Origin: Chrysemys picta bellii
Lineage: Eukaryota
Reading direction: 5' to 3'
Assembly (NCBI RefSeq): GCF_011386835.1
Contig: NC_088803.1
Span: 8,122,001-8,186,000 of the forward strand
DNA: 64,000 nt
The notes below the pieces were generated by a model. That model was not told the DNA's origin and searched no databases. It worked only from the letters and a program-made list of their open reading frames with translations. Both the position numbers and the translations under genes were made by a program. This document shows, piece by piece, positions 45,274 through 58,089 of this stretch; positions within the stretch are counted from its first letter, which is position 1; the number at the start of each line of letters is the position of its first letter.

Positions 45274-48200
45274 AAGAGTTCATCCCCTCATTATTTTCTC
45301 CTCCAGTTTGGCTTAATATCCAACATACCAATTATTGCAGGTGGGGTGGGGCGGAGGTGGTCCCTTCTCCACCTACAGCAGCTGGGGCTGGTCCCTCCAG
45401 GAGTCACTGCTCTGAGCAGGGCTGTTCCCAGGAGCCTGAGGAAAGAGGCACCTTTATTCCCATAAAGCTCAGCTGACTCTCAGGGCTGGATCCAGACACC
45501 CCAGGTGACGCATGGGAAAGAGAAGCTGGGAAAGTGGCAGGGGACCCCTGTTCCCTCCCAGAAGAGGCAGCAGGTGACTCTCCCCCACCCCTTGGGATCA
45601 GCAAGGTGCCCACAGACAGGCATGGGGCAGCCGTGATCACCCCAGTCTTCACCTCCACACCTAGGCTGTATCCCTTGATTGAAGGGGTAGGGAAAGCCGT
45701 GCTCCTCCCCTCCTCCTGCAGACAGAGCCTCCTCATGGGGTGAGGTGGGTAGGATTCTCCAAAACAGTGGTCAGGAGTTGGAACCCATGGAGGTGCCTGG
45801 AGCAGTTCCCCCCTCTCAGAGCCATTGTCTCAGGCTCTCTGCAGACTCAGGCAGATGATGCTGCAGCTGCTGCACTGGGGGCAGATCTCCACATCACACC
45901 CCTATTGTTACAGCCTGTGGGTAGCGCAGTATCTGGCGCTGGCCCAGGGCACTGGACTCCTGTGGAAAATGGGAAAATTCTGGTGGGGCGGGCAAATATT
46001 TCACCAAGATCTATGAAAACTCATTAAGAGCTCAAACAGAACTGAATCATAGATCATCTCTAAATAAGTCATTCACTATGAATTATTCAGCCAGCCTCAG
46101 TTATAATCCTCCAGATTTTGGTAAAGTGAGGCACAGAGAGTTGAGCTGATATAGATACATAGCTGGGCTTAGATCACAGGAGTGCCTGGCATCTTGACCT
46201 CCTCTCTCTAGATGCCTGGCTCTACTTGTTATCATTTCAGGCTGGGATTCTCAAGGGAGTCTAAGGGAGTTAGGATCCCAAGATGTACGTGCCTTAATCC
46301 CATAGGCTCCTTTGCAACCCCCAACCCTCGTTTTCTGAAATTCAGGACAAGCCCAGGCCATGGAAATTAACAATATAGACGTGAAGCCAGAATTACAAAG
46401 GAGTTTAGGAACCTCAAGAAGGAGATAGGAGCCTATTGGGATTTACAATAGCATCTCAGCAGGTTAGGCACCTAACTCCCACTGAATGACCATGGGGTTT
46501 AGCCACCTAGCTCACTTAGGAGCATTGATAATTCCCAGTAGGTACCTGTCTCCCTCTTTGTAATCCTGGCCCACAGATAACGCAGAAGTTGGGCTGGAAT
46601 CAGGGAACTGTGGGGGTCAGACTAGAGGACCAGAATGGCCCTTTTTAGCTTTATCACCTAGGCATCTATGCACTTGCCTCTGGGCCTCTGCTGCTGAGCT
46701 GTGCAGAGCTCCAGGGAGTGAGTCCCACTAGCCCTTAGGAAATAGGCCTGGATAAATCTCCTTCCCACAGCATCAGTCCTTTAACGGTAATGCAACTCAA
46801 AGCCAGCTCCACACAGGTCATCTGTAGAGAACAACAGGTGTGAATCCAGTTGTGTCAGTTCAGTCTCAGATTGAGGGGTGAAGGATTCTCAGATACTTGT
46901 GCCTTCATCTTCTAGATTCTAGTATGCAGATGGATATTGAACAGAGAATCCTGGAGCTGGATGACTGCATGCGTCATCTTTAGGGGGGAAATCCACAAAG
47001 ACCAGTACAGTAAGTTTGTTATTTCAATTAAATATATTGGGGGATCAACATACAGGGGGAAATTAAGATGATAAACATGAATTACAATATGAACTCATTA
47101 AGACTTTTCTCAGTTAAATCAATACCTACGGCTGATTGGTATTTTCCCACCCTGCAGGAAAATTTTCATTGAAAACCCAAAATCTTTTTTTTTTTCATTT
47201 TTTGGCAAATGAAAAATTTCTGCTGAAAACTGGATTTTTTAAAATCACAAACCCAAAACTCTTTGGGTTTTGAGTTTTCATTTCTTTACAAACCAAACCA
47301 AAATGTTTGAGAGAAGCAGATAGATTCTGAGATTTGTTGTTGTTCAGCAGGAAAACCAATCTCCATTAAAAGGAACACAGCTGAAAACTTCCAACCTGCC
47401 ATACACTTTAAATAAATTGGGGAACATTAATATTGCCTGGTTAGACCTTAATTCCAAACCCATTTATTCTGTTGCGTCTGGGCAATTTCTCTTTCAACGA
47501 GAGAGTTGCACAGAAGTAACGACTGAATAACCAGTAAAGTTGCCAGCGCACACAATGTTTTGTACAGATTAGCCCCTTTAAACCCTGGCTTAGAGTAGAA
47601 CCAAGCAGCCAACGTTTGTCTATCCTGACCCCATTCAAGGGCATACGGGAGCTCACTGGGAGTGGAACCCAGAACTCCACACTGGTGCTGGCTGAGTACA
47701 AATGGAGTAAATTACACATAACAAGACACGGGACCATGTTTTCAAAGGGATTTAGGCACCTAGTGGGATTTTCAGAAGCACCGAGGAGCCTGGGGTTGGG
47801 TGCCTAAGTGGTTTTGAAAACCTCACTAGGTTTCTCAATACCTTTAAAACTGCCGCACAGCCCCTTTGCAAAGGACCTTACAGTCCTAGTAGCCAAGGCA
47901 GAGAAAGGGAGGGAGGGGAAACAGAGGCAGAAAGAGGGGAAATGACTGGCCCAAGGTCACACAGCAGGTCGCTGACAAAGACAAAAGTAGAGCCCAAGTG
48001 TCCTGGCAACAATGCACCGCACAGTGCAGAGTAATTGAAACAACATGGCAGTAATGGAGGGCTGCTGCTAGCCCCGTGTTACATGCCGGCAGAAGAGCAG
48101 CTGGGATTTGGTGCCAGAAATCAATTTGGAAGCAGTCTATAGGCCGTCCAGGCCCAGATCTTGGGATAGAAAAATTACCGATGAGTTGCCACTTATGATG

Positions 48201-48669
48201 TTGGGTGAGTCTATGTGATGTCTATGTGATATTGCCCTGCAAAGTGGAAATCGGGCTGTGCTGGCATTTTAGCAGACCAGTTTCGTCGCCAAGCTATGAG
48301 CTTGGAGAGAGACGTTCTTTGCAAGAGTTGCTGGGTTTGGATTGTGCTTTGTTCCATCCTTCATACTGCATTTTAACAAGCCACACCCTGGGCCAAATCC
48401 TCAGATGGGGTAAAGTGGGGAAGCTCCATTGAGTTTAAAGGAGCTGACCCAATTCACACTAGTGTGATAACAGGACTGATGGATCATCAGAGGCGAGGAG
48501 CATTAACAACACCTGGTCATAGTAAATGATGAGTGCTGGGCACCTTTGACATTCATACAAAGAGATATAAAGAGAAGGGGAATCACGGCAATTCCCTCTG
48601 TCGCTCTTATCCTGACCATTGTCCTTCTTATTCCCCCTACAGCCATCACATGATGTTCGGAAGAAGGAA

Positions 48670-49626
48670 ATGTTCAACCAAACGACAATGACCGAGTTCC
48701 TTCTCTTGGGATTCTCTGACATTCAGGAGCTGCAGATTTTGCACTTTGTGGTGTTCCTGGTGGTTTATCTGGCAGCCCTGGTGGGAAACCTTCTCATCAT
48801 CACAACCATAGCCCTCGACCTCCACCTTCACACCCCCCTGTTCTTCTTCCTGATGAATCTGTCCATCCTAGACCTCGGCTCCAACTCTGTCACCACCCCC
48901 AAATCCATGGCCAATTCCCTCATGAACACCAGGTCCATTTCTTATTCTGGATGCGTCACCCAAGTCTTTCTCGTCTTCTTCTTTGCTTCAGCAGATTTTG
49001 CCATACTGACCATCATGGCATACGACCGATACGTGGCGATCTGCCAACCACTGCACTATGAGAGAGTGATGAACAGGAGAGCTTGTGTCCAAATGGCAGC
49101 CAGTGCCTGGATCTGTGGTCTTCTCTACTCTGCCCTGCACACTGGGAATACGTTTGCAATTATCTTCTGTGGAGGGAACATGGTGGATCAGTTCTGTGAA
49201 ATCCCCCAGCTACTCAAGCTTGCCTGCTCTGACACATACCTCAGTGAAGTTGGGGTTATTGTCTTTAGTGTGTGCTTAGTCTTCAGCTGCTTTGTTTTCA
49301 TAATTGTGTCGTATGTTCAGATCTTCACAACAGTGCTGAGAATCCCCTCTGAGCAGGGCCGGCAAAAAGCCTTCTCCACCTGCCTCCCTCACCTCGTTGT
49401 CATCTCCTTGTTCCTTTCTACTGCTACCTTTGCCTACCTGAAACCTACCTCCAGCTCAACCTCAGGTCTGAATCTCATGGTGGCTGTTCTCTATTCTGTG
49501 TTGCCACCAATAATGAATCCAATCATCTATAGCAGGAGAAACCAGGAGATCAAAGGTGCCCTGAGTAAATGGATAGGTTGGCGGTTACTCACTAAGAATA
49601 AACTGTCCATATTTTTCCTTCAGTAG
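48670..49626 (+). CDS. Olfactory receptor, family-14-like, open frame (318 aa)
   Basis: MFNQTT start after acceptor CCCCCTACAG. MAYDRYVAIC, KAFSTC, PPIMNPIIYS. Confidence 0.9.
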   Translation: MFNQTTMTEFLLLGFSDIQELQILHFVVFLVVYLAALVGNLLIITTIALDLHLHTPLFFFLMNLSILDLGSNSVTTPKSMANSLMNTRSISYSGCVTQVFLVFFFASADFAILTIMAYDRYVAICQPLHYERVMNRRACVQMAASAWICGLLYSALHTGNTFAIIFCGGNMVDQFCEIPQLLKLACSDTYLSEVGVIVFSVCLVFSCFVFIIVSYVQIFTTVLRIPSEQGRQKAFSTCLPHLVVISLFLSTATFAYLKPTSSSTSGLNLMVAVLYSVLPPIMNPIIYSRRNQEIKGALSKWIGWRLLTKNKLSIFFLQ

Positions 49627-50733
49627 CAATTTCATTCTGAGTTTCCTTATGAATTCAATCAGCTGATGACATTATTGCCTCCAGGAGAAAATACTGTGCA
49701 AACCATTTATGCAGAATTGGGTATTTACACTTGTAAAAGTCCAGACAAACATGACTCAAGATAAAAGGATTAACTATAGGTTTACACCAATTTAAGTAAG
49801 AGTGGAATCTATCCATCATATCCTGCTATCCATCACCATGCTATCTTGCCCATAAAATCCGTAGCCATAGCATAGTCCGTACTGGGGTCTCTGGCTTTTC
49901 TTAGTTTGGGGGATAAAAACTCAGATTGAGGTATCAATGTATTTGTTATTTGTGCTTTCGTTTGTTTGTTTGCCAGATTTTTAGATTATTTTTGTTTAGC
50001 TGGTTGGTTGGTGATTTGGTTTGTTTCTTTGTTCCAGGAGGTCCTAGAGGTGCAAAGGGGAGATGGTGAGCATTTGGTTAGGCAGGATTTTCAATGTTTG
50101 CACTCTCTTGGGGGGCCCATATGGCATCTCTTTGATGGGGTTTTCTGAGCAAGCTGAAGGTTTGCTCCCTGCAATGATAAAAGGGGGTAAAAGAGGTTTC
50201 TGCAGTGGCTTAGGACACACTGAAATCATTGTGTGTGTATTGTTGGGGTATTATTGTATTATTGATGGAAAGTTAGGGACATAAGAACCTCAGCTGGGCC
50301 TCTTTTTATTATTTTAACCTAAATGAATATGTAAAAACGGTGTCATTCTTGCTATGGTGGAAAGGCTGATTTGGAGAGAAACTTTTTCCCGAGTTTCCTA
50401 AGGAAAACCTGACTCAGATAACGAGGCCAAATTGGGATTCCATGGAAATCACTGTGGTTTAGAACTTCACTTCAAGGACATCAAGATTTCACCAATAGTA
50501 TCTACACACAAAGATCCAGATTTGGCTGACAGCACCCTGGAGAAAGTGAGTGTGACAGGGAAGTAAGGGTCAGATTTCCCAACTCAGCTAGACCAGCCCC
50601 AATGCAGAGATGATCCATTGGCATCACCAGTTTAATACTGAGGCGGTTCTGGCCCAAAGTCTCTGGGCTGCACTCAGTAGTGACATGAACACCAGTGTAA
50701 TTTTCTTGTTTGCAGTCATTTTGTTCTAACCTT

Positions 50734-51358
50734 TGTGACGGAGCAAGGCCAGATGGCTACAGTAAAGTAGTGAGGAACAGGTATGTTAGCCCCAGGCTAA
50801 ACAAATCCCTGGTACCATGGTAACCAAATGGCAGTTGCTCCAGGTTAATCAAGACACCTGGGGCCAATTAAGATCCTTCTAGAAAGCAGTGGCAATAGCT
50901 AGATTGATTGGGACACCTGAAGCCAATCAAGGGCTGGTTGGAACTAGTTAAAAGCCTCCCAGTTAGTCAGTGAGGTGCGTGTCAGGAGTTATAGGAGGAA
51001 GCTGTGCTGTTGGAGGCACTGAGCAGTACAAACCATTTCAGGTGCAAGGAAGGAGGCCCTGAGGTAACGGTGAAGTAGATATTGAGGAAGTGGGGGCTGC
51101 TGTGGGGAAGTGGCCCAGGCAATTGTACACGTACTATTTCCAAAAAGTCAGCTACCATAGCTGCTAATTTTAGGGTCCCTGGGCTGGAGCCCGGAGTAGA
51201 GGGTGGGCCTGGGCTCCCCCCCTCTCCTCCCCAATTAATCACTGAGACTGGGAGACAACAGAGACGTGCGAGGGAGGGCTGCTTCTCCTCACCTCCCTTG
51301 CTGGCTTCTGATGAAAATGGCTCAGTAGGCTGTGACCCTTGTCTCTAGAGAGAGAAGA
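50734..51358 (+). mobile_element. Truncated LTR
   Basis: Starts TGTGACGGAG, CCAAT boxes and TTAAAA-like TATA region. No terminal CA end found. Confidence 0.5.
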
Positions 51359-51922
51359 GCTAATTTATTCATAATGACAGATTTCTATTTGATTGTGAAT
51401 TATGTCAGCTAGCTAGATAATGGGTAATCTATGGAGATGATTGTGCAAATTATTATGCTTCTTTTCCTGTTAACGACTGTCTATGTCCAGATCATAATTT
51501 TCTGATGAGTTCTCCTTAGTAAACATTATTTATCAAAGATTTTTTTATGACTACATCTTAGTCCATCACTCATTTCCAAACAGTTCATCTTTAAGTGTGT
51601 GGGGTTTGAACTTGGAGCCGTTTTGACTGGATACATTTTGAACATGCTCTGGTTTGCTTCTCTGAACAAACATCAGTTTCACTCTCGGTATCTTTGAAAA
51701 TCCAGGGGCCGATCGTCAGCTGATTTAACGTGACACAGCTCGACTAGAGCTCCGAGAATTGACACAGCTGAGGATCTGCTCCAGACACTCCTGATTCTGA
51801 ATACAAGACTCATTTCCTTTGACTAGTCTGGACAGAGGCCCTGATTCCACAGCTGCTTCAGCACATTCTTAAATGTAATCATATGAGCGGCACCATTGAA
51901 TTTAAACGCATGATTAAGTCCC

Positions 51923-52759
51923 TGTTGGATATGGGTTAGGAATATGGACAGGGTTGTCGTGGAAAAAGTCACCCACGCATTGATTTTAGTTCACAGACTC
52001 AAGCCTGTGGCCAATTTATTGCAAAACAAACCAACGCGTTGGGGTAGCAGTCCGAAAACTACCACACCTAGCACAGCACGCAGGCTGCTTTATTCGCTCA
52101 AACCGCAAGCATAGTACAAAGAATGGGTCATTTATGCGTCATTTATGCGAAAATAAGAGTAGGGGTCTGTCCCTTTTTTCCGGTAGCTCCCTCATTATTT
52201 ACGAGAATTGGGTGCCTATTGGGTGGGGGGGTTTCCGACATGGGTGGTACTTGGCACCAGTTGGAGTGTTGTTTTTGTCAGGGTACATATTGTTTTTTTC
52301 CGGGGTTTTCTGGTTAAGGGCATGGGATGCCCAAAGATGATATATGATTGGCTGATTGGCAGATAGCTGGAACTATAGGGGAAGTTGGCCTTTCCTAGAA
52401 GCAATTTCTTCATATAAGCCGTTATTATTTTTCATCAACAAGCAGTTATCATGTTTTTACAGATAGGCAGTTATCATGTTTCACAAGCGGCTATCATGTT
52501 TTTCATAAACAAGCAGTTATTATGTTGCTAAGCCTTTCGCATTGCTCCCTCCCGCCCCCCTTTCCCTCCTCTGGTCATAGCCTTGACAGGGGCTTGTACA
52601 GCTGTGTTTTGTTCAGGCCCTGGCCTGTACTGTTCTATGTAAAGGCCGTCAGTATAGTCAGCTTCTGTCAGAGGGCCTGAACTTGGGCCTTCGGTGTTAC
52701 TTTGGCTGCCATAAAGAAGGCCACCTAGTTCTTTTTCCCCGCAGGGTTTAAGGCTAACA
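51923..52759 (-). mobile_element. Solo LTR, retrovirus-like
   Basis: TG...CA ends; on the minus strand, CCAAT boxes followed by two AATAAA signals; internal AGCAGTTATCATGTTT repeats. No TSD found. Confidence 0.55.
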
Positions 52760-52881
52760 CCGAATTGGTGTCAGACCCTCACACTGTCTCCATTTCTTTC
52801 CTTTCCCAGTCAAATAAAGCCCTACAATTGGTGCATGGGAATTACTCTCCGCTTCTGGGGTCTGGATTATTAACATAAAAT

Positions 52882-53431
52882 AAAAGAACAGGAGTACTTG
52901 TGACACCTTAGAGACTAACAAATTTATTTGAGCATAAGCTTTCGTGGGCTACAGCCCACTTCATCGGATGCATAGAATGGAACATACAGTGAGGAGATAT
53001 ATATACACACATACAGAGAACATGAAAAGGTGGGAGTTGCCCTACCAACTCTAAGAGGCTAATTAATTAAGAGGAAAAAACTTTTGGAGTGATAATCAAG
53101 ATAGCCCATTACAGACAGCTGGACAAGAAGGTGTGAGGATACTTAACATGGGGAAATAGATTCAATGGGTGTAATGCCTCAGCCATTCCCAGTCTCTATT
53201 TGCATATCACTTCAAGTTCAGCAGTTTCTCATTGGAGTCTGTTTTTGAAGCTTTTCTGTTGCAAAATTGCCACCTTTAAGTCTGTTACTGAGTGGCCAGA
53301 GAGGCTGAAGTGTTCTCCTTCTGGTTTTTGAATGTTATGATTCCTGATGTCAGATTCGTGTCCATTTATTCTTTTGCGTAGAGACTAGCAATGCCCTCTG
53401 CCATGTACATTGTCCAAACCAGACAGTCTCT
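52882..53431 (-). mobile_element. Penelope-like element with inverted 5' segment
   Basis: 52882-53386 is the reverse complement of the element at 282-850 (one internal deletion). 53387-53431 is the preceding segment in plus orientation. Confidence 0.88.
52932..52972 (-). ncRNA. Putative minimal type I hammerhead ribozyme in the Penelope terminal repeat
   Basis: GCAU CCGAUGA A GUGGGC-UGUA-GCCCAC GAAA GCUU AUGC: stem I, core box variant, stem II, GAAA, palindromic stem III. Confidence 0.55.
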
Positions 53432-53433
53432 TA

Positions 53434-53903
53434 TTTTGCAATAAGATTCTGTAGAGGCAACATGATGGATCAATTCTTCTGTGAAATGCCCGAGCTGCTC
53501 AAGCTCTCCTGCTCTGACATGTACCTTGGTGAAGTTGAGTTACTCATCCTGAGTGTTTGCTTAGGCTTAAGCTGTTTTGTTTTTATAATTGTGTTGTATG
53601 TTCAGATCTTCACCACAGTGCTGAGAATCCACTCTGAGCAGGGCCAGCATAAAGCCTTCTCCACCTGCATCCCTCATCTCATTGTGGTCTCCTTGTTTGT
53701 TTCCACTGCCATCTTTGTCTACCTGAAGCCCACCTACAGCTCAGCATCGGTTCTGGATCTCATGGTGGCTGTTCTCTACTCCGTGCTGCCATCAGTGATG
53801 AATCCCATCATCTACAGCCTGAGGAACAAGGAGATCCTGCCCTGAGGAAACTGACTCGGTGGAGGTTATTCACCAAGAATAAAATGTCCATATTTCTCTT
53901 ATG
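53434..53903 (+). pseudogene. 3' half of a family-14-like OR (TM4 loop to end)
   Basis: DQFFCEMPELLKLSC...KAFSTC...PSVMNPIIYSLRN, then a frameshift near 53837. The 5' half is absent. Confidence 0.9.
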
Positions 53904-54797
53904 AACATAGTTTTATCTGTGTTTCTTTACACATACAATCAATTGATGACATTTTCCAATAAGAATATGGTGTGTGATTTTTTTTTAATGCAAAATGTTG
54001 TATTTAAAGTGGTAAATCCATGGTAACTCCACAAAATCCATGGAGTTATTCTAGGTTTATATCACTATAAGAAAGACGGATATCTCTATGTTTCCTGGTT
54101 TTATACTGCCACCCCTTGCCATGCTATCCGAGTGCCTTCCACATAAAATACCCAGTGGATTTCACGCAGTATCTGGTGGTTCTGCTTTTCTGGGGTCAAC
54201 ATTTTGTTTGTGGTCTGATGGCTTTGGGGTGTTCTGTTCGCTGGTGTGGCAGAGTGGGCTATGACAGCATCAGATCATGGTCTCTGTGTTGTACTAGGTG
54301 TGGAAATATCAGCACGGTGACCGCCCCAGGCCAGGTTTGCTCCATAGCAGCCTATTGCTCTTTGTTCATCGCAGCTCTTCTACCTGAGAAAGGTGCATGT
54401 GACCTCGCTGAAGGACCATCACTCAGAGCCAGCAGGAGTGAAGGTTGGTGCCTTTCACCTCCATGCCCTGCTGCATGGAACAAAGGCTTTGCTGTATAGG
54501 ACGTCTGCCAGTGGGGGCTGGGGGAGCATGACTGGTGGGTCTGAAAATCTCACTTTTAGCACATGATCCTTAGAGAGTGGACCAATTTATGTGGTCAACT
54601 GACTCAGGCTCATGGGGCTCGCACTACAGGGCTAGACATTCCCACTTGGGCTCCAAACCCGGCAAAGGGGGGTGGGTCGGCAAGCCTGACTGGGACCGTC
54701 TACACTGCTATTTCTAGCACTGTAGTGCAGACCCAGTTCCAGGCTCTGAGACCTACTGCCATTGGCAGTGTAGACGTACCCAGCGAGGTATTACCCC

Positions 54798-54960
54798 TCT
54801 CTCCTGTCTGTCCCCCCCGATCTGTCCCCATCCCACTCTCCTGTCTGTCCCCATCCCACTCTCCTGTCTGTCCCCCCCGATCTGTCCCCGCCCCACTCTC
54901 CCGTCTGTCCCCGCCCCACTCTCCCGTCTGTCCCCGCCCCACTCTCCTGTCTGTCCTGGC
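54798..54960. repeat. Short C/T-rich tandem repeat (22- and 36-bp units)
   Basis: CTCTCCTGTCTGTCCCC(CCCGATCTGTCCCC)RYCCCA repeated about 7 times. Confidence 0.8.
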
Positions 54961-54982
54961 CCCAATTTTTACCCCATAATAA

Positions 54983-55293
54983 CAGGGCCACCCAGAGGAT
55001 TCAGAGGGCCTGGGCACTTTGGCGGTGGGTCCCGGGCAGAAGGATCCCTAGCCGCGGGTCTTCGGGGCACTTCGGCGGCGTGTCCCGGAGTGGAAGGACC
55101 CTCCGCCGAATTGCCGCCGAAGACCCGGAGCGGAAGAAGCTTCGGGGGCTTGGGCCCCGCGAGAGTTTTCCGGGGCCCCCGGAGGAAGTGAAGGACCCCG
55201 CTCCAGGGGCCCTGAAAAACTCTCGTGGGGGCCTCTGCGAGGCCCGGGGCCTGGGGCAAATTGCCCCACTTGCCCCCCCCCTGGGCAGCCCTG
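54983..55293. mobile_element. hAT-type MITE (311 bp)
   Basis: TIR CAGGGCCACCCAG / CTGGGCAGCCCTG and 8-bp TSD CATAATAA (54975-54982, 55294-55301). Confidence 0.9.
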
Positions 55294-55976
55294 CATAATA
55301 ATCATCCATAAATGAATCATCCACACCTCCCTTTGGAATTTTTTGGGGGTCTGCAAAAGAAAAACAGTTGAAAACCACTGATCTCCACCAGTCATGATTT
55401 TATAGACCTCTAGCATATCCCCCCTTAGTCGTCTCTATTCCAAGCTGAACTGTCCCAGTGTTTTTAATCTCTCCTCGTACGGAACATGTCTGTAACTCCT
55501 CGGGGGAGGGGGATGGTAGGGTGACCAGATAGCAAGTGTGAAAAATTGGGACACTTATTTTTCGGAGCAGGTGTAGAGTTGCCTGGATAAGACAAAACCT
55601 CTAATATCAGGGGTCTGCTCACACTAGGGGATGATAATGTAGTTGCTCCGGTTATCAGCCCCTTTGAAGACACCCCCCTGGAGTGGTTCTCGTCTATTAG
55701 CACAAACTGGATTCTCCAGGAAGCTAACAGGCAAAGGAAGGGTTTGTAAATGAACCGCCTGGTTTTCAGTGGTCTTGGGCCTTTTTCCCAATGGACGGAG
55801 CCTCTGGCCCACGGCGGGTCGCCGAGCCTTAGGGTGCAGTTGCGAGGACTTGGCCCGCGGAGCCCCCCTAAGCCTGGCAGCTTGTTCTGAGCTGACGTTG
55901 TGATGAACAGAGAACCACAAGGAATTCCCGTGGGTGAGGTCTTGAAGCAGTGCTCCTGTTAGAGGAGTGAGGTAGG

Positions 55977-55978
<2 letters not shown>

Positions 55979-56046
<68 letters not shown>
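55979..56046. repeat. (GT)34 microsatellite
   Basis: Direct read. Confidence 0.98.
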
Positions 56047-56047
<1 letters not shown>

Positions 56048-58089
56048 ACTGCTGCCCCCTGCAGGAGAGGATGAGCCCTGCTGTGTGTGTATGTGTGTTT
56101 GTCCCTGCTGCCCCCCGCTAGAGGGGCTGACCGCCTAGAGGGATATGATGGGGTTCAGTGGCTAGAGGAGAGGGGACGTCCTGTCGTGACTGTGACCTGG
56201 GGTGGCTGCAGTATTGGGGTTCAGAGTTCACAGGGACAGTCAAGAGCCTCTGAACAGGGGCAACCGACAACGACAGCTGTTGGTAGTTGGGGCGCCGGAG
56301 TGGGCACCTGCTGGGACTGGGTACTGGAAGCTGGGTGAAGGATCCCATCCGGGCACCATCCAGAGGGGCACCTCCATGTCCTCCTTGGGGAATGTCTGTC
56401 AAACGGGGGTGGGGGGGAAACCTGGCTGGGAACCCTCATCCCCCCGACCTCATTCTTCTGAATGCTGTGCCCACTGGGCAACTAGCCGTGTGTTTTGCTC
56501 CCCCATCTCCTCTTCTCTTCCCCTGCTGACCAGGCACTGCTGGGGAGAAGAGAAGAGAAGAGAAGAGAAGAGGGGGCATTGTGGTCAGCACTGATTCACA
56601 GGGGAGAGCACCCCCTACTGAGACCCCCACCCCGCTCCTTGCAGCACAGCGCCCCCCTTGTATCAGTTTCACCCCCTTCACCACCCAGGGAGGTCTCCCA
56701 GCCAAACGCTGACCCTGGCTGACCTGCTCCACTACAGCTGTGATCACAAGCAGGCTAGGACAGACACAGGCTAGGGACCAGCTTCGCGGGTTTGCCATTT
56801 ATGAAATTCAAGGAAAATCCCAGGATGGGGATCCAAAGTAGGAAAAAAATTCCAGTGTCTGATCACCTGCCCCGCCCCGTGCCTCAGTTTGCCCACCAGT
56901 CACATGAAGCTCATGAATCCTGCCTCCCATGGGGGAGGTTGTGATGGTTTATAAGTGGGGCTGAGCTGTTCTGCTCACATTCCTTTCCAGCTCCTGGATG
57001 GTGCAACCCTGTTACGCTAGAACCTCTGGGGTCACTCAGATCCTGCCATTGCAACCTTCCCGGCTTCTTCCCTCCAGAGATGGGAGTTTGTGGTTAATGT
57101 GAAAGTTGGGGGCGTGGGAAGAAAAGAAGAGGACGGAGAGAGAATAGGAGAGGGGAAAGAGCCCGGACTCCTGGGTTCTCAGAAGCCCTTAGAAAGGAAC
57201 GTATTCTCTTGGTTACTGCAGGCTACTCCTTGCTCATTCTACCACAGACAGCACATGCCCTTGTTTCGGGCCAGTCGCTCTTCTCGCCTGGGCTGCTTTC
57301 CTGTGGTTGACATGCTCCTCACATTAGCTGTAGCCTCTGTCAGGTTTGTCCTCTGTGGTCCCTAAGAACAGGAAGGAAACCGGGTGGCTCCTCACCCCAC
57401 CCCACCGCTCACTGTGACTCAGCCAGAAACGGTTGCAAAAACCTCCCCGCCCCGACCAAGGAACTTAAAATGCTCCATGCCGTGGAGCCTGGTGGACCTA
57501 CCAGCTCACTCCGCCCCAGGACAATGCTGACCCACTGGACGTCTGACCCATCCGTAGTGGAACCTAAGTGAGATCTGGATTGGGCAGATGTTTTCAGCTG
57601 CAAAGCTCGGGCCCTCATCCGAGTCTGTTTCAACTCTGATCTGGCCCCTGGATGGGGGGATGGTTTGCTCAGGGGAATGGGACACGGGGACTTTCCTCTG
57701 TAGGTGGCATTGGCTCTGGTCAGGTCACTGGCTCTGACCTGGCCCCAGGGCAGGGGGACTGGCTGACTCATTGAAGGAGGGTGATCGGCAAATCAAAAAC
57801 ACGTGTTTGCAGCACAGGCTAAAGCTTGTTGGAAAATTTTCCTCCGCACATGCTGGTTTTGTCAAAATTGAAATATTTAGAAAAAAGTATCAATTCTGGC
57901 AAAATGTCACAAAACAAACCTGCCCCAAAATAAGCATGTTGATGATGATCCGTTTGGACCCTTTTAAAACTGAGCACTTTGATTTTTCATTTTGGAGCAA
58001 GTTGTTGCAGCAGAAATCTTTCTATACGGAAAAGTTTTTAAAGATCAAACTCAGAACAAAATCTTCTGTCCCTGTTCCGGCTGAGAGGT

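Noticed and set aside
45300-48600. Possible endogenous viral or novel coding sequence in short ORFs here and at 49966-50284, 54116-54499, 56087-57771
   Set aside because: No viral or cellular motifs recognised. The ORFs are short and consistent with chance in GC-rich or repeat-derived DNA.
55624-56049. His-Thr repeat ORF
   Set aside because: Artefact of the (GT)34 microsatellite.
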